From Antedon mediterranea (lineage: Eukaryota; Animalia; Echinodermata), in assembly GCF_964355755.1 (NCBI RefSeq), contig NC_092673.1, positions 11,504,948 through 11,568,947 of the forward strand: a stretch of 64,000 nucleotides of DNA. The letters are read 5' to 3'. Within the stretch, counting starts at the first letter, position 1, and every line of letters begins with the position of its first letter. This document shows positions 1 to 14,081 of this stretch, one piece after another. The position numbers were made by a program, and so were the translations under genes. Below the pieces are notes generated by a model. The model was not told the DNA's origin, made no database searches, and saw only the letters and a list, made by a program, of their open reading frames with translations.

Positions 1-813
1 ATAATTAACTGGTGTGATATGAACTGTATTATTGTAAATAAAACGAAGGAAAAAAATTCGTAAAATTAAGAGGCAACTGATACCTTTAAATATCAAAGAT
101 AATGATGTCTGCACAACTAGTGAACATAAATATTTAGGAGTATGGATAGATGAAAAACTGTCATGGAACGCCAACACTGCCAAAGTCTATGCGAAGGCAA
201 ATCAAAAATTGTACTTCTTAAGGAAATTAAGAAACTTTAAGATTGGCAGAGATGCGCTGTCTCTATTCCATCATGATACAGTCCATATTAACATTTTGCT
301 GTATTGTATGGCTAAATAGTTTATCTAAGAATAATTCAAATAAATTACAGAGAATAATAAAAATGGCTAAGAAGGTAATAGGTGAAAACGTCCCATCTAT
401 CCATGATATATGCGATAAGGTTATGGAGAAAAAACTAAAATGTATAATAACGATTAGTCTCATCCTCTTTTTAACTTTATAAAATTCAGTAGATCCAGAA
501 GGATGATCCCTTCATTTAAGAAGACTGAGCATCAGAATAAATCATTTCTTCCGTGTGCAATCAGGCAATACAACAAGCAATTTAAAAGATAACTTGAGAC
601 GTTTTATATTTTATTCTTTATATAGTATTTTAATATTTATATTTTTACCATGTTTTATACATAAGCATATTTTCTTATATATTATCTTATCCATTGTATA
701 GTATTGTATGTTTTTAACTGTTGTTATTTTTATTGTAATTTGAACCTTGGAAGGCAAATTTCATTTACTTTGTATTTGACAATAAATTTTAACTTGAACT
801 TGAACTTGAACTT
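1..813 (+). mobile_element. Degenerate 3' end of a Rex/Babar-like (CR1 group) LINE
   Basis: Frameshifted RT C-terminus (KYLGVWIDEKLSWNAN...KANQKLYFLRKLRNF...IQSILTFCCIVW), T-rich 3' UTR, AATAAA at 781 and a (TTGAAC)n tail ending at ~813. Confidence 0.85.
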
Positions 814-834
814 AATAAAAAAATAATACTATAC

Positions 835-896
835 CTCGCAAATATATGCATCATAATCACTGGATCAATTGCGTTGAAATATTCAGTTATATTTCT
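835..896 (-). CDS. DENND1: DENND1 coding exon 8 (RNITEYFNAIDPVIMMHIFAS); gene continues past the left edge
   Basis: ttctacag|AGA AAT ATA ACT GAA TAT TTC...GCG AG|gtatag, 62 nt. Matches RNLTEYFVAVDVNNMLHLYAS. Confidence 0.93.
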
Positions 897-1759
897 CTGT
901 AGAAGCAATGACAAAAAGCATAATAAAAACAATTGGTTTCTATTTATAGTTAGGTGGCCATAATGTCTTAGTACTGAGTGTGACAGGCTAATTGCACTAC
1001 AACCTTGTGAATGTAAGTTTGGTGTTATGATTTATATCCATCCTTACACAGTTGAGATCCCTGGTTCAATTCCTGCTGAAGATCTTTATTTTTTCATCAT
1101 CGTTATTTTTTTTATTTATTATTCCTAATAATATTTTATATTTTGATTTTTTTTACTATGAACCATTACGGTAAGACTGCTCAGTAACAGATCCTCAGCT
1201 TTTCAAAAATGTCTCCTACCTTTTAACAGTAGGTCTGAAAATATTAAAAAGTGGTCCAGAATTGGTATCCAGGTCCAGTTTTCCTCCAAAACTTAATGGA
1301 GTGGTCCTTGACAACATACCTATCTTTTTCAAATGTTTCAATTTTGTAAAGATCTGGCAATAACTTTTTGAGTAATCCTGCTAACAATGTGATTGACTAC
1401 ATAAACTCCTTGACGTGACGGAGGTAAATATGACAATTCTGCACTCTATTGCTTCTGTATTTTACTGTTTCATTATGTTTTTTAATAAATAAAGATATAT
1501 ATTTGAAATATTTCTTTTATTAAATTTTTCCTATTGAATAATTATACACATATGTATTGACAGTATTTATCATTATGAATGTCTATATAAATCATTATAA
1601 TGATTTATCCAAAGTCCAAAGTTCTCAGGAAACAACTTATTATCAATTCTAAATTCATATGAATTAAAGAGAGAAAAGTACAAAATCACTTCAATCATAT
1701 TAAATAATTTCCTGTCATTTGATTGGACGATTGTTGGGGGACAATAGCATGCAATAGTA

Positions 1760-4700
1760 CACACTATTGAGCTATTTAGAAAAACAAATAATGAATGTTT
1801 TTATTTGTGAAAATATGGTATAAATAATGTTATTCGTTGAATAATGAAAGGTTACCTCGTGCCAATATTTGTACCATTCAACTCATAAACATTTATTGTT
1901 TGTATAATATTATACTAGCAGTAACCTGTGCTCCTCACAGTCTTTTTCCACCTTAATATAATAAAAGCGCACTCTAATAAAAGTACCTTTTAAATGAAAA
2001 CAAATTGTATCAAGAATAAAATTTGGAACTATTTACAGCCATTGATTTTGTTATACATTAGCCCTTTATACTTTGAAATATCTGTAAGCTAAAAAATAAA
2101 AGCAATACTGGATATGGAACTTTACTTTTGACTGTTCAGACTATGAAAATAAAAGACGCTAAAGAAAATTTGTGCTGTGTGAATTAGATGATTCGCACAA
2201 ACACTAACGAAAGTATAAAATGCCAAACTATATTATTTTGGGTGTTTTTATCGTGGTGTATTAATTATTTGATATTAGATAAAATAAAAAAGTGGACATA
2301 AATCGAATAAAAAAACATTGCTGCGGATGTTTTAACAACTTAAAAGTTGTTTTCATGTTCAACAATCAAACTATTTGGAATCATTTTGTTTGTGTGTGTT
2401 GTTTCATTTACATTTTTTTTTAGTTTAATGGTTTTGATATTTGTTGTGTGTGGGAGATTTGTTACCCATTTGCTGCAGTACTTTTATAATTAAATTGTGG
2501 TCTAACCTGTTCTCCGCACGGTAACTAAGTATAATAAAAACGCACTCTTCCCGGCCCCTGACATTAACGAATTATTGTCAAGAATAAAATTCGGAACTAT
2601 TTATGGCCATTGATTTTGTTATACACAAAGTATTTCTTTACTTCTATAAGCTACAAAATGAAAGCAATACTGGATATGGAACTCATGCGATGTGAATATT
2701 AATCTGGGGTGCATGTTGAGAGGGACATGCATGAAGTCTGTCAATCCGTCGGCAGATTAAAACATTTAAATGATAGAATATGAATTGGTAAGTAATTAAG
2801 ATTGGAATAATAAAACTACAGCTGCTTATGGACTTTGGAATCAACACAAAAAGTACACATTGTGGCAGTCAAAATTAAATGATGCCAGAGCTCGCAGAAT
2901 CCTAAAATATTTGGTTGCCCTTCGGGCAAGTAGGTTTAGCATTTTAGTTGCCCTCATCATTTTTTACTTGCCCACCACTATTTTAACTTAATTTCAACGT
3001 TTTACCAAAATTTTACTATAAATTGAGTTTACACAAATGAAACAGTCTTGCACAAATAATTGATATTAATAATAATATATTGATAATATTTTGTAGAAAC
3101 ATGACACCCTTTTGGATTCGTTTTATTTGGGTTTGTGGTATTTTTTGGTTCATTTACATTTTTAAAAATGTCAATGGTTTTTTATACTTAGACATTTTTT
3201 TTTTGTGAGGTTTAATTGGTATCTTTTTCGCTATTTTGTAATTACATTGTGGTCTAGTTTTGATTTTTTGCTTTAAGCGGTGATACTTATTATTTACACA
3301 TATCGCGGATTCAAATTTGAACTAGAATTCACTAGACCTATGCATTTTGTTGTTATTGTAGATGATTTAAATTAAATATATGTAATCGAATGATCGTAAG
3401 AATAATATTAATATTGGTCTAGGCATGCCGCAGACAGAGGCGGCATCCTACCTAGCTAGCCGATTCTAGATTCGTCTTCAATTCAATCACTAGATGGCAA
3501 TGCACAGCGTACAAAGTGCCGGTGATAGTTACGAAGGACCTCAGATTACAAGAAGAAAAATTAATGCACAAATCTCTTTGATATCTTCATGTGTTATCTA
3601 AAAAGTCAACCAAAACCCAATGAAATTGAAAATCGAATCGAAAAAAGCCATGTGGATATCCATCCACTAAAATTCCCAACAACAGGGAGTTGATGGCTGT
3701 GATTGGCCAGATTAAAAAAAAAATTTCAATCCCAGTCACGCTAGAGTCAACCCAGGGTCAATCTGGGTAGCGCGTCTGGGTTGAGTTGACTGGATCGATC
3801 GGTCACACTAAAAAATCTCAATCGCTGTGAGTTGCGCAAGGCTTGAGACTGTAGTGTGATCGTAGCTTTATATTGAGGCATCTTTTTACCACACCGTTTA
3901 CCTTTCATAGTATTTTAAAAATGCCTCTCTATTTACAACATTTGTGTACAAAAGAATAGAGATTTTACTGTGTAATTTGAACTATCCCCAAATAGAATAA
4001 ACAAATAAAATTAAAAACATTATGAAACATAGGAGAAAATATAGATCGATAAACCTGCACCTGGCCCTAAAATAATCAAACTTATATTAACATTTATCAT
4101 ATCTAATGACCCCATCAAATAATGGAAGCCAATGACCGCTGTTCGATAGTTGAGTTCAGACAAGTCGGATGTGACCTCTAAACTAGCAGTTTGTGCCTGT
4201 GAAGACGCTCTTTGAATTAAGTAAGTTACTACAGACAATTAACTTCTGAGAAGTCTCAGGAGTAATGTGCTACTTAAGCATACACAAGGAATGTAATGAT
4301 CCTTGCTAGCGAACTAGTGTTGTGTACACATTACTTCAAAGCTCACAAAAAAAATGCAAACTTGTATTATAAGAACCATGCGGACGCTCATCAAAAGTAA
4401 CATGCACTATAATTTCATGTTTAACATAATGTTACCAAATGTAACAAAACTTGACCGTATCAATATATAAATTATGCTTATATCTGATATAAGGGAGCAA
4501 AATAAAAAAACTTCGGGACAAATATCCGCCTTGGATACCTACCTCATCTATCTCAGATGTACTGCGAAACGTAGATTTGATAACATTAGTTCTCACTAAA
4601 ACGATATTGTTCCATATTTTTATCTTAGGAAGATATAATAAGGTTCTTGAAACAAAATTTCTGACTTCATCTGTAGATTTTCTACGTGGTAGAAGCAATT

Positions 4701-5010
4701 TCCGGGTTCACAGTGAGTTCACAGGTTCAACTTGCAACTTCCTGGTTTCAACTTGGCCATTGGTGGCGATAGCCATTCTAGATGTTTATTTTATTAGAGT
4801 GCGCTTTTATTATATTAAGGTGGAAAAAGACCGTTGAGGAGCACAGGTTACTGCTATGCTAGTATAATATTATAAAAACAATAAATGTTTATGAGTTGAA
4901 TGGTACAAATATTGGCACAAGGTAACCTTTCATTATTCAACGAATGACATTATTTGTACCATATTTTCACGAATAAAAACATTATTATTATTTGTTTTTC
5001 TAAATAGTTT
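1760..5010. repeat. ~225-bp inverted repeat pair (~1760-1985 and ~4790-5010)
   Basis: Direct reverse-complement match that includes the Helitron 3' end and ~150 bp of its flank. Confidence 0.85.
1915..3340 (-). mobile_element. Non-autonomous Helitron-like element (3' hairpin plus CTAG at 1915) with a second internal 3' end at ~2500
   Basis: Inverted homolog at ~11830-12643, where CCGTGC-gga-GCACGG-GTTACTACTAG is at 12057-12082. The far boundary is approximate. Confidence 0.6.
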
Positions 5011-6233
5011 AATTAGATAGGTACTAACACTAACAGTAGTTAACAAAATAAATATTATACTGCAAATAATAAAGATCAAATTAAATATATTCATAAAGCA
5101 TCGGAGTATGTTGTGGGGAATAGTATATAAAATCACATCGGGACAACTGATAAGACCTTTTCTTTTAAATCGAGTGAAACCCCGATAGCCGAGTTGTTGA
5201 GTAGAAGCTGCCAGGACTTTATGTATACTGTGCGCCCGTTAGGACCCTGGGATACTTCGGCTTGCCCTAGTTGCAAACCGTCTAAAACGTCTTCCTTCTT
5301 GGGCCGAAACAGCCCACAGTGTTGTGGCAATTAGTTTAAAAAGATGTTTAAACAAAATAATGTATTAATTATACCAATCAGGATGGTATTTATTTGAATA
5401 AACGCCCAATACCTCCCTAATAACACATCACTTAGAAAAATATACGCCCATCCACCATATCTGGTGATATTGTGAACCATTTAAAGCAACTTTAGTTTTT
5501 TCTCCACAGAATAAACCATTTGTACTACTACTAGATACTAGTGACGCTTAATGTGGAGTTTTTGGCAGGGTACAGTATTTGGAAAATGAAAGCGGAATTA
5601 AAATGAACACTGTGATTTGGCCTTGCTGTATATTCTATAATTTTGATTATGTTGATTCAGCTACAGGACAAAAACATTGAATTTGTTATACACAGTCTGA
5701 TATAAATTTATTCTATAGAGTTCTTTCTTATGGGAAAAGCCTATACCGTAGGTCTACAGTATATTAAATGAAAGCTGGGTTAACCAGCAGGTAAGATAAT
5801 AATAATATTTATTCGGTCACCAATGAAAAAATAACCAGGAGTGAGAATAGGTTTAAAGCCCAAACAGATTCTGCACTCACTCCATACAAACAATTAAGAT
5901 AAAACTGTATACAAGAAAATTAAACAATTGTAATACAAATAAATACATAACATGAAATAAAGTGTTTTGTTAGAGCAGACTCAAATACTGCATACTGTTT
6001 GTGAAACGTTTATGTCATTTGGTATTTGCTCCCTATAGTCTAGGAAAGGAAACAAATACAGAATTATTTTTCATGGTTTTCATATGCGCCTTAAGCACTT
6101 TGTGGATACGTGCGCTTTATAAATCTTATTACCTTATGTTATCTTTAACTCGTCCAAAGTGACAAGTTCAAATCTAATTTGTATTTATATAATGGTAAAA
6201 AATATAAAATTGTAATTTTCATTCATTACTTAC

Positions 6234-6290
6234 ATTTTCTGGTACTTTTGGTAGACTATTTGGATCAGGAACTTTTAAAGTGTGAAGATC
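6234..6290 (-). CDS. DENND1: DENND1 coding exon 7 (DLHTLKVPDPNSLPKVPEN)
   Basis: ttttag|GAT...AAT|gtaagt, 57 nt. Matches DENND1A VPDTRELPSIPEN. Confidence 0.92.
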
Positions 6291-6389
6291 CTAAAACATA
6301 AAGAAAATTTGATAGTGGTATGTACAACAGTATTAAAAAAAGTTTAGAATTCAAACAAATGAATAAAACTACACAATATTATAAATTAA

Positions 6390-7560
6390 CAAGATTTGAA
6401 CTCGTCACTATGGACGAGTTAGGTTATCCGCCGCGGAAACGCCACGTGCATGCCATACGCTAGAATATTGCGCACACAAAAACGATTATGCCATTGTGAC
6501 CTTAACAAAATTTTCTTTCATTCTTTATTTTGTGTCACATCTAAGTAATACAGAAAACACTATATACTGTATACATACTACATACAGTGCAGATTAGGTG
6601 AAATTAACGGGACCGGCCATTTTATCCAATTATCTGAGCAACAACATATCAATGTGTTGAAGAAATTTGGATACATAGAATATGGATGCGCCCTCTTTTA
6701 AATGTCATGAACTATGACGCAAAATATGAAAATACGACTTTTATAATTTAACTGGCCATATGATGACGTCACAACATCTGATGCGCAAAATTTGTACATG
6801 AATTTGTATCTACAATTCAACAGCTTCTAGAAAATGTTTTAATCATGAGTATCACTTTTCATTCTGAGGAGCTATCACATATTGAAATTTACTGTAATGA
6901 TGAAAATAAGTGACCAAAATTATTCACGCTTTTGCACATGATGACGTAATATAAAATGACAATAACAATATATGGGGGAAAATGGAATACGGATAATAAT
7001 CGATCGAAAATAGGCATATTATGATTCAAATTTGCATATAATTACCCATTTTCAAGCGCACGATTTTTTAAGTTTGACGTGCACGTGTGTCATTATTTTA
7101 CATTCATAATTCATCAAAAATGAAAGGAACTTATCCCAAAAGGTATACAGAACAACAATCAAGTGCAAAAACGGTCTGTCTAAGCTACATGATAACTAAG
7201 TAGGTAAAAGCGCGTGCGCAACGCAACATTTTGTGTAAAACGTGAAATACTTAAAATGTCCTGAAATATGTAGAAAGTTGATTAGAAATTGATTTTGAGA
7301 ATTTTTAACTTTAAGTTTCAAAGTGTGCATACGCCTGAAAATACAAAGGTTCAAAATTTTGCTGATGATACAGGAAGATGACCCTTGACATAAAGCATCC
7401 GTTTGTCCACGTTTCATTTGAAAAAGGCTGTTTTCAATTTATAGTAAATTTAAGAATTTCAGAAAATCACGCGTAGTTATGCTACGCGACCATATTTTCA
7501 TTAAACCAAAGTTTGTTGCACAACTACATATGTTTACTCGATGGTATATAAAGTTGGTTC
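6390..7560 (-). mobile_element. HINE family A copy (5' end not resolved)
   Basis: AACTCGTCACTATGGACGAGTT hairpin plus GGTTATCCGC subTIR, with internal homology to the other copies. Further partial copies have this terminus at 25783 (+), 32631 (-) and 54201 (-). Confidence 0.7.
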
Positions 7561-9699
7561 ATACTTTCGGTACTGATTTTAACCACCTGTTTACTGATTA
7601 AATTTAGTTTGATAAATAGTTATTGACAATTAAAACGAATTTAGGTTCAACGATTTGCCTCAAATAAGGGCGTTTTCCGATAGTGGTATACACATTTAAT
7701 AGCTGAAAACCGGTTGAATAGCTCAAGTACATCATCAGATTTGCATTGTCCATGCTTCTAAAGGCGATGACAATGGTGTTTACTAACCCTACGATTGACG
7801 CGTAGACAATTATAATAACAATACATTGTAGGCTACAAACAATACTTCATAGGCTACGATCTACCGATGCGTAGGCTATAAAAGGTTACGCGTAGATACT
7901 AGGCAGTAATTTCCTTCTGTACTGTAAGAAGAATAGATTTGTGTGAATATAACCCGTGGCGCATCAGGAACAGTGCCTAAAATGTGCGTAACCTAAAATA
8001 ATTGCATTATTCTGGGCAGAATTTGCTCAGAAATTGATTGAAACGACCTAAAAATTGCTCAAAGAGCCGGGCTCCTCCAACCGGGGGACCTTGGCGGCCC
8101 CCTGGTCTCCAGACTAAGGTTGCTCACTTCGGTCATTTTTATATGGTCTCCCACTATTAAAAACGGATCTGCGCCGTTGAGGGAAGGGGAGTTAGTTGTC
8201 AAAGAATGCAGTTGGTGCTACCAAAAATTATTATGAGCCATCATAAAATTTGAAAAAGTTAATTTGCAGCCCTAAGCTAATACCAGTAGATGTACAACAC
8301 ATATATAATATTGCAAGACATTTTTGTAAGAAAACAATCGATGTTTGATACAAATTTTATCAATATAAAGATACCACTCCATCATAAAATAATAAAATGT
8401 AGCAGGCTGATACCATGCAATACAGATAATTCAAGTCTAAAGTTTATTTTTCATTTTAAAATTCTCATGATGGCAATTATATTTGGCTACAGATTACATT
8501 GTGTTTGACTGTATTCAATCGCTCTGTGTTCATTTTCACAATTTCCAGTTAATTATTATTTGAGAGCAAGCACGTATGTATACATTTACTAACAACATAG
8601 GTTTTTATAAGACGTATTTAGTTTCATTCATACATTATTCGTATTAAGGACATTTAGGTAAATCGCGCGTAACCTTTATCTCAATGCTTTAGAAAGTGGG
8701 TTCATACATTCCGTACTAAATTGTACCATCAATTGAAAACCATTAGGCCTACTAATTAAGTTGAGTTATATAATTTTTTATTGAAAATTTGCCCATGGTG
8801 TTTTTCAAACTGTTTTACTATTGCTTTTACCAAAACCGCAGTATCACTGATCACATAACTTTCAAAGGTTTCGTTTAGGCATTATAGTTATTTATCCTAA
8901 GTTAGTTGCTTTCATGAGCACAGTTACCACAAACTTTGGTGGGTGGAACTAACTTACCTGTGTAAATAACTAAGTACCGTATGAACTGGCTCTACTACTA
9001 AACAAATTAGGATATGCCTACAGTACGAAGGATCACATGCCCTAAAGCAGCACAACAACTTTGGTACAGTAGGTAGGAACCAACTTAAGTATGAATTTGC
9101 TCTAAGAAACAATTGAAAACCATTAGGCCTACTAATTAAGTTGAGTTAGATATTTATTTATTGATTTACCCCGAATAGGTTTTTTTCAAACTGTTTTACA
9201 TTATATAATCACATATATAAATAAAATTGATTAATACTGACAGTTGCTTCTCAACGTTTGTATTAATTAATACTGTAATAACAAGAAATATAAACGTCAT
9301 AGTGGTGTATCTTTACTATTTCAATCGACTATGACAGTAAAAGTTTAAATCGCAATGTTTTACTGTGTTTAGTGGTATATTATTTGTAAAACATGAAAAC
9401 AATTAATATTTCGTTACTGAATGAATAAAGAATATATTCAAAAATTGTTTCTCTTTGGACCTATCCTCTTCCCCATCCCTCAACCCTTATGTTACATACA
9501 AAACACAAATTAGGTTTGTTTGAATTTGACTCAAACAATTTTCTCTTTCGGAAGTAAATTCCAGGGTGCTAATTTTAGTTGACTCTATAAATCTATCTAT
9601 AAGTCTATTTATTTGTTCCTGTAAACGACATGTATTATTGTTTTATTTTTTTATGCTGAAATTACTATGTATTCGAGAACCATTTGTGGGCCTGACCTA

Positions 9700-9733
9700 A
9701 ATGGTACGCTCGCTTCGGTCGCGTACCATCTAG
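9700..9733 (+). mobile_element. Helitron-type 3' terminus
   Basis: ATGGTACGC-tcgcttcggtc-GCGTACCAT hairpin directly followed by CTAG|T. Confidence 0.55.
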
Positions 9734-10046
9734 TAACAACAGTTGAGTGTGCTATTGAATTGAAGGTCAGCTTTTGTAAAAGTTTACACTACCTGTAGTA
9801 GTATGCGTCAGTTCTCACAATCAAATGTAGGAGGTGGGCTTATACCTGAAGGGGGACTTATATCATTGAAGTCAGTATGGTAATACTGTATAAAACTGAT
9901 TATAGAATATTAAGTTTAGGACCATGCAAACTGGTTACGAAAATTATAAGAATTTAAAATTGGTGCTCTATTTGTATGGCTATTGATTTCAGAATGTAAA
10001 AAACAGGTGTTATTTGCCAGTTTGAAAGACACAAAAACTGCCTTAC

Positions 10047-10142
10047 CAGGAGATAGTCGGCTTCTACCATTGAAATCACATGCTCTGGAGCTGGTATATG
10101 CAACTCATACAATTCTTTAAGCACTAAATTAACATCATTCAC
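10047..10142 (-). CDS. DENND1: DENND1 coding exon 6 (VNDVNLVLKELYELHIPAPEHVISMVEADYLL)
   Basis: tttttacag|GTG...CTG|gtaagg, 96 nt, phase 0/0. Aligns with the L..L....IP.P segment of DENND1. Confidence 0.88.
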
Positions 10143-10522
10143 CTGTAAAAACAGAATTTATATTTATATTTTAATCTTATTATCAATATATCGATTGCAC
10201 ATAACGTCACTAATATCCCATCGGCTTTTTCGGTTTGCCATTTTGGTGAGAAGAAAAACTATATAAAAAAAATGAAAAAAGCATTGCAATGTACAGGAGG
10301 TAATTGTTCATATTGTATTGTATTTTGTAAGAATTAAGCATCAAATATAAAAAATATAGATAAATAGAAATACTTTTAAGTTAATGATACTCAATTTTAA
10401 TACTATCTTCATCATTGCACTTTGCAAAGGATGGTTGTAAAAAATAGGTTAATATGATTTTAATGGGAAAAAAATATCCTACTTTGATTAATTGATCAGA
10501 TAAACAAGATAAACTAACAAAC

Positions 10523-10592
10523 CTTTGCCTTATTATGTAATTCAGCAAGAGTATTCAAAATTTTGTAGAAAATTTCAAACCATGGTAAGTAA
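10523..10592 (-). CDS. DENND1: DENND1 coding exon 5 (YLPWFEIFYKILNTLAELHNKAK)
   Basis: ttttctag|T TAC TTA CCA TGG...AAG|gtttgt, 70 nt. Matches YLPWFEVFYKLLN at the start of the cDENN domain. Confidence 0.96.
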
Positions 10593-10771
10593 CTAGAAAA
10601 TATAAATATTATAAACTTGATTTATTCTAACACACTTCATATTTTCAGCAGGGACTATTTGTAACAAAACATGTGATGTAAAAATGCTTTTTTTCTTTTA
10701 AATTATGGTTTTTGTTTTTCATAAAAATTCATCAGACATTATAAATAGATAATACAAAATTAAATTATAAA

Positions 10772-13620
10772 CTAGATTTGAACTCATCACTTTGACGAGT
10801 TCGAGTTATCTGCGCAAATGCAACATGCACGTACGGTAAAATATATGAACGCCGACAATTATTATGCCATCCTATGACATGAATTAAATAATGTTTACAG
10901 TGCTGAATTGTACCTATTTTGTGTCATACAGCATATTACAGTATTTACAGAATACTAATATACAATGTAGCATGAACGAAATTACGAGACCCATCTTTTA
11001 AATCCAATTATTAACACGATGACGTCATCAAATTGACATATAAAGATAACTATTTAAGAAGATAATTACCGTATCTAAATAATTACATTAATCAAAATTT
11101 GAAGAATTTTGGGCACGTAAAAGTGAGATGCGCTCTCATTTGAACGCAATGAACTTTTACGAAAGAGATAAAAATGTGACTTTTTGAATTCAACTGGCCA
11201 TATGATGACGTCATGACATCAGATTTCATAATAAGTTTTAATCACGGGTCACTTTTAATTTCAATGAGCTATAACAGATTAAAATATACTGTATTATATA
11301 GATGAAATTAGGTAACTCACATTATTATAATTTATTAATATGATGACGTTGTCTTGGTCAATGTATTCAGTTTTCTTAGGCTATTTCGTGGTTTATTTTA
11401 CATCAACATTTTCATTTTCACACTTGTACTAAACATGAGCGCATAGAGACTATTTGTATTTTGCGCTATATAAATTTAAAACCATTAAACCAATAAAACA
11501 TAATAAAAATTTAAATTTTGTTAACGCATGTGAAATAGAATTGATTTAGCAAGAACATATTAAAATCTAAGAAAAATGGGAAACGCATTAGCGCGATGCG
11601 CTCTATTAAATGGGATTTAACTAGTACAAAAGAGAAACAAAACCAATTTAAAAAATTTGAGTGGCCATATGGTGACGTCAGAACATCCTGTAGGTATAAA
11701 TTGTACATGAATTGATATCTACAACTCACCATAATAAATTTTTTTAAATAGGGTTAACCAGCCATCCTGAAGAGCTATGAATAGGTATATTTTTGCACAA
11801 ATTTGCATTAAATTACCTATTATTTAACACACGATTATTACACAATGTAATTACAAAACTAGCAAAAAAGATTTAAAACCTCACCAAAAATGTAAAAGTT
11901 TGTGTCTGAGCACATCATCTAATTTCAACTACTTTTTGTGTTGATTTCAGAGTCTGTAAGCATTATTATTATTCCAATACTTCACATCTTAATTGATAAC
12001 TTACCAAAAAAATAATTTGTATGGGGCCGGGAAAAGTGCACATATACTTAGACAAACCGTGCGGAGCACGGGTTACTACTAGACCACAATTTAATTACAA
12101 AAGTAGCAAATAGCTAACAAATCTCCCATACAAAAAAAAAATTGCCAAATATCAAAACCAGTGAAGTAAAAATAAAATGTAAATGAATAAACTTAACAAT
12201 TGGTATTTCCGTGGCATTGTCTTTTTCATTCGATTTTTGTCCACTTTGTTATTTTATCTATAATGTATCAAATAATTCATACACCACAGAAACACCTAAA
12301 ATAATATAATTTGACATTTTATACTTACTTACTTATTCACATCTAATTCACACAGCACAATTTTTCTTTAGCGTCTTTTATTTTCGTAAAGTCTGAACAG
12401 TCAAAAGTAAACTCTAAAGTTCCATATCCACTTTATTGCTTAATTTTTTTAGCCTACATATATTTTAAAGTGAAGGGGATAGTGTATAACAAATCAATGG
12501 CAGTAGTTCCAAATTTTATTTGTGATACACATTTATTTTAATAATTTGTCAAAGTACTTTTATCAGAGTGCGCTTTTGTTATACTTGCCCATACAAAGTA
12601 TAACCACATATTAAGGCAGAAAAGACAGTGCGGTTACTGCTAGTAGATTAAAAATGCACACGATGCCTCTAGCCTAGGCCCAGGCCTACTCCTCAATCGA
12701 TTGATGTCTCTGGTCTGGTGGGGAATTTTCCCTCGATAAGAAATAGGCCTAAGCAAAATATGGCTCATTACGGCCTACATTTTAATGTCATATCTTTAAT
12801 GCCAGTATAATTACGTATGGATAAAACAATATAAAACTCAATATTTTTCATCTGATATAATATTTTAACTAGAGTAATGTACCATATAACGTGGAAATAG
12901 TTTATTTCGATCTTGATAGTTTTTGGTTTAAAAAATGGTAGTTAGTTAGGATGCCTAAAAAAGCTAGGCCTACGTTTATTTAATAAACCTTTTTTAAACT
13001 TTTGTTGAAACAATATTATAGCTAGCGTGAGCCTAGGGTGCTATGAAAAGTGTCTGAAAGTCTTTTTGTATCATTTGTGTAAATTGTTTATTTTTTTGTC
13101 GGCAACAAATTTTTGGTCTGAAAAAAAAAACCTTTTCCAAACGACCTACCAATTTTTGGGATTTACCAAAAACGTGGCCAACACAATCATTTTTTTTTTT
13201 TGGCCTAGGCATAATTTTACACAAATTTGCATAAAATTACCCATTTTCAAGAGCATGATTTTTAAAGTTTGAAATGAATGTGTGTCAAAAATGAAAGAAA
13301 TGTATCATAAAAAGAATAATCAAGTAAAAAAATGGTCTTTCTAATCTGCGTACAGGCGAAGTGCGCAAAAGCGTGTGCAATGTTTTTTTTTTAATGTGAA
13401 ATGCTTAAAATGTCCTGAAATGTGTAAAAAGTTGATTAGAAAGGAAGATGACCCTTGACATGAAGCATACGCGTGTCCATTTTCATTTAAAAAAGGTTGT
13501 TAGTTTTGAATTTATAGTCACGAAGAAAAGGCAACAAAAGTTGCGGATAATTAAATAAAACATGTTGATGATGATCTCATACAACCACAAGGAGTTATCG
13601 GCCAAGGTGCGGATAACTAA
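10772..13620 (-). mobile_element. HINE family A variant (subTIR AGTTATCCGC) with nested Helitron and GGCC-ended MITE
   Basis: CTAG-ATTTGAACTCATCACTTTGACGAGTT-CGAGTTATCTGC at 10772 and GAGTTATCGGCCAAGGTGCGGATAACT at ~13592-13618. Confidence 0.75.
12746..13205. mobile_element. GGCC-ended MITE (Zator-like), with a second copy at ~31820-32165
   Basis: TA|GGCC...TTTTTTGGCC|TA. The internal sequence is shared with 31960-32160, and an empty-site-like GAAAATAGGCATA is at ~7006-7018. Confidence 0.55.
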
Positions 13621-14081
13621 GAAGTATGCATTACAACAGTAGGATTGATCTATCAGCACCGGCATAAGTCTAAGTTTTAAAAATGTACGGGAATTCAGCT
13701 TGAATAAAGGAAATAGATGTGATCTGATTAGAGACCATATGAATCAGATCCTGTGGGTATAAGATAAGGATTCTACTGTAATGCAGTACAATGTAATATT
13801 TATTATTCCTGTCTACATTAGATTATCTTATATAACTTGAACTTGTAGATAATGGTTCATCAAAAATATAAAATAAGTACATACGTCTTGTAGATGATGG
13901 TTCTGTGGCTATGTTCAGACCCATGGTGTTAAACCGTTTTAGCGTACAACGTTACTAGCAAGGTCACATTACAAACCACAGAGAAAAAAAATGAGGTGTC
14001 CATAGCGTACGATTATTCAGGTTGTTTCTAGTTGCATATTCATTTGCTCTTACCCATGTGTTTTCATCATTATTTCTACTG

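Noticed and set aside
4020-5330. Short ORFs in the supplied track (4020-4238, 4432-4698, 4577-4837, 5133-5330 and most others of 60-110 aa)
   Set aside because: They have no recognisable domains, show AT-biased composition and often overlap repeats, consistent with chance ORFs.
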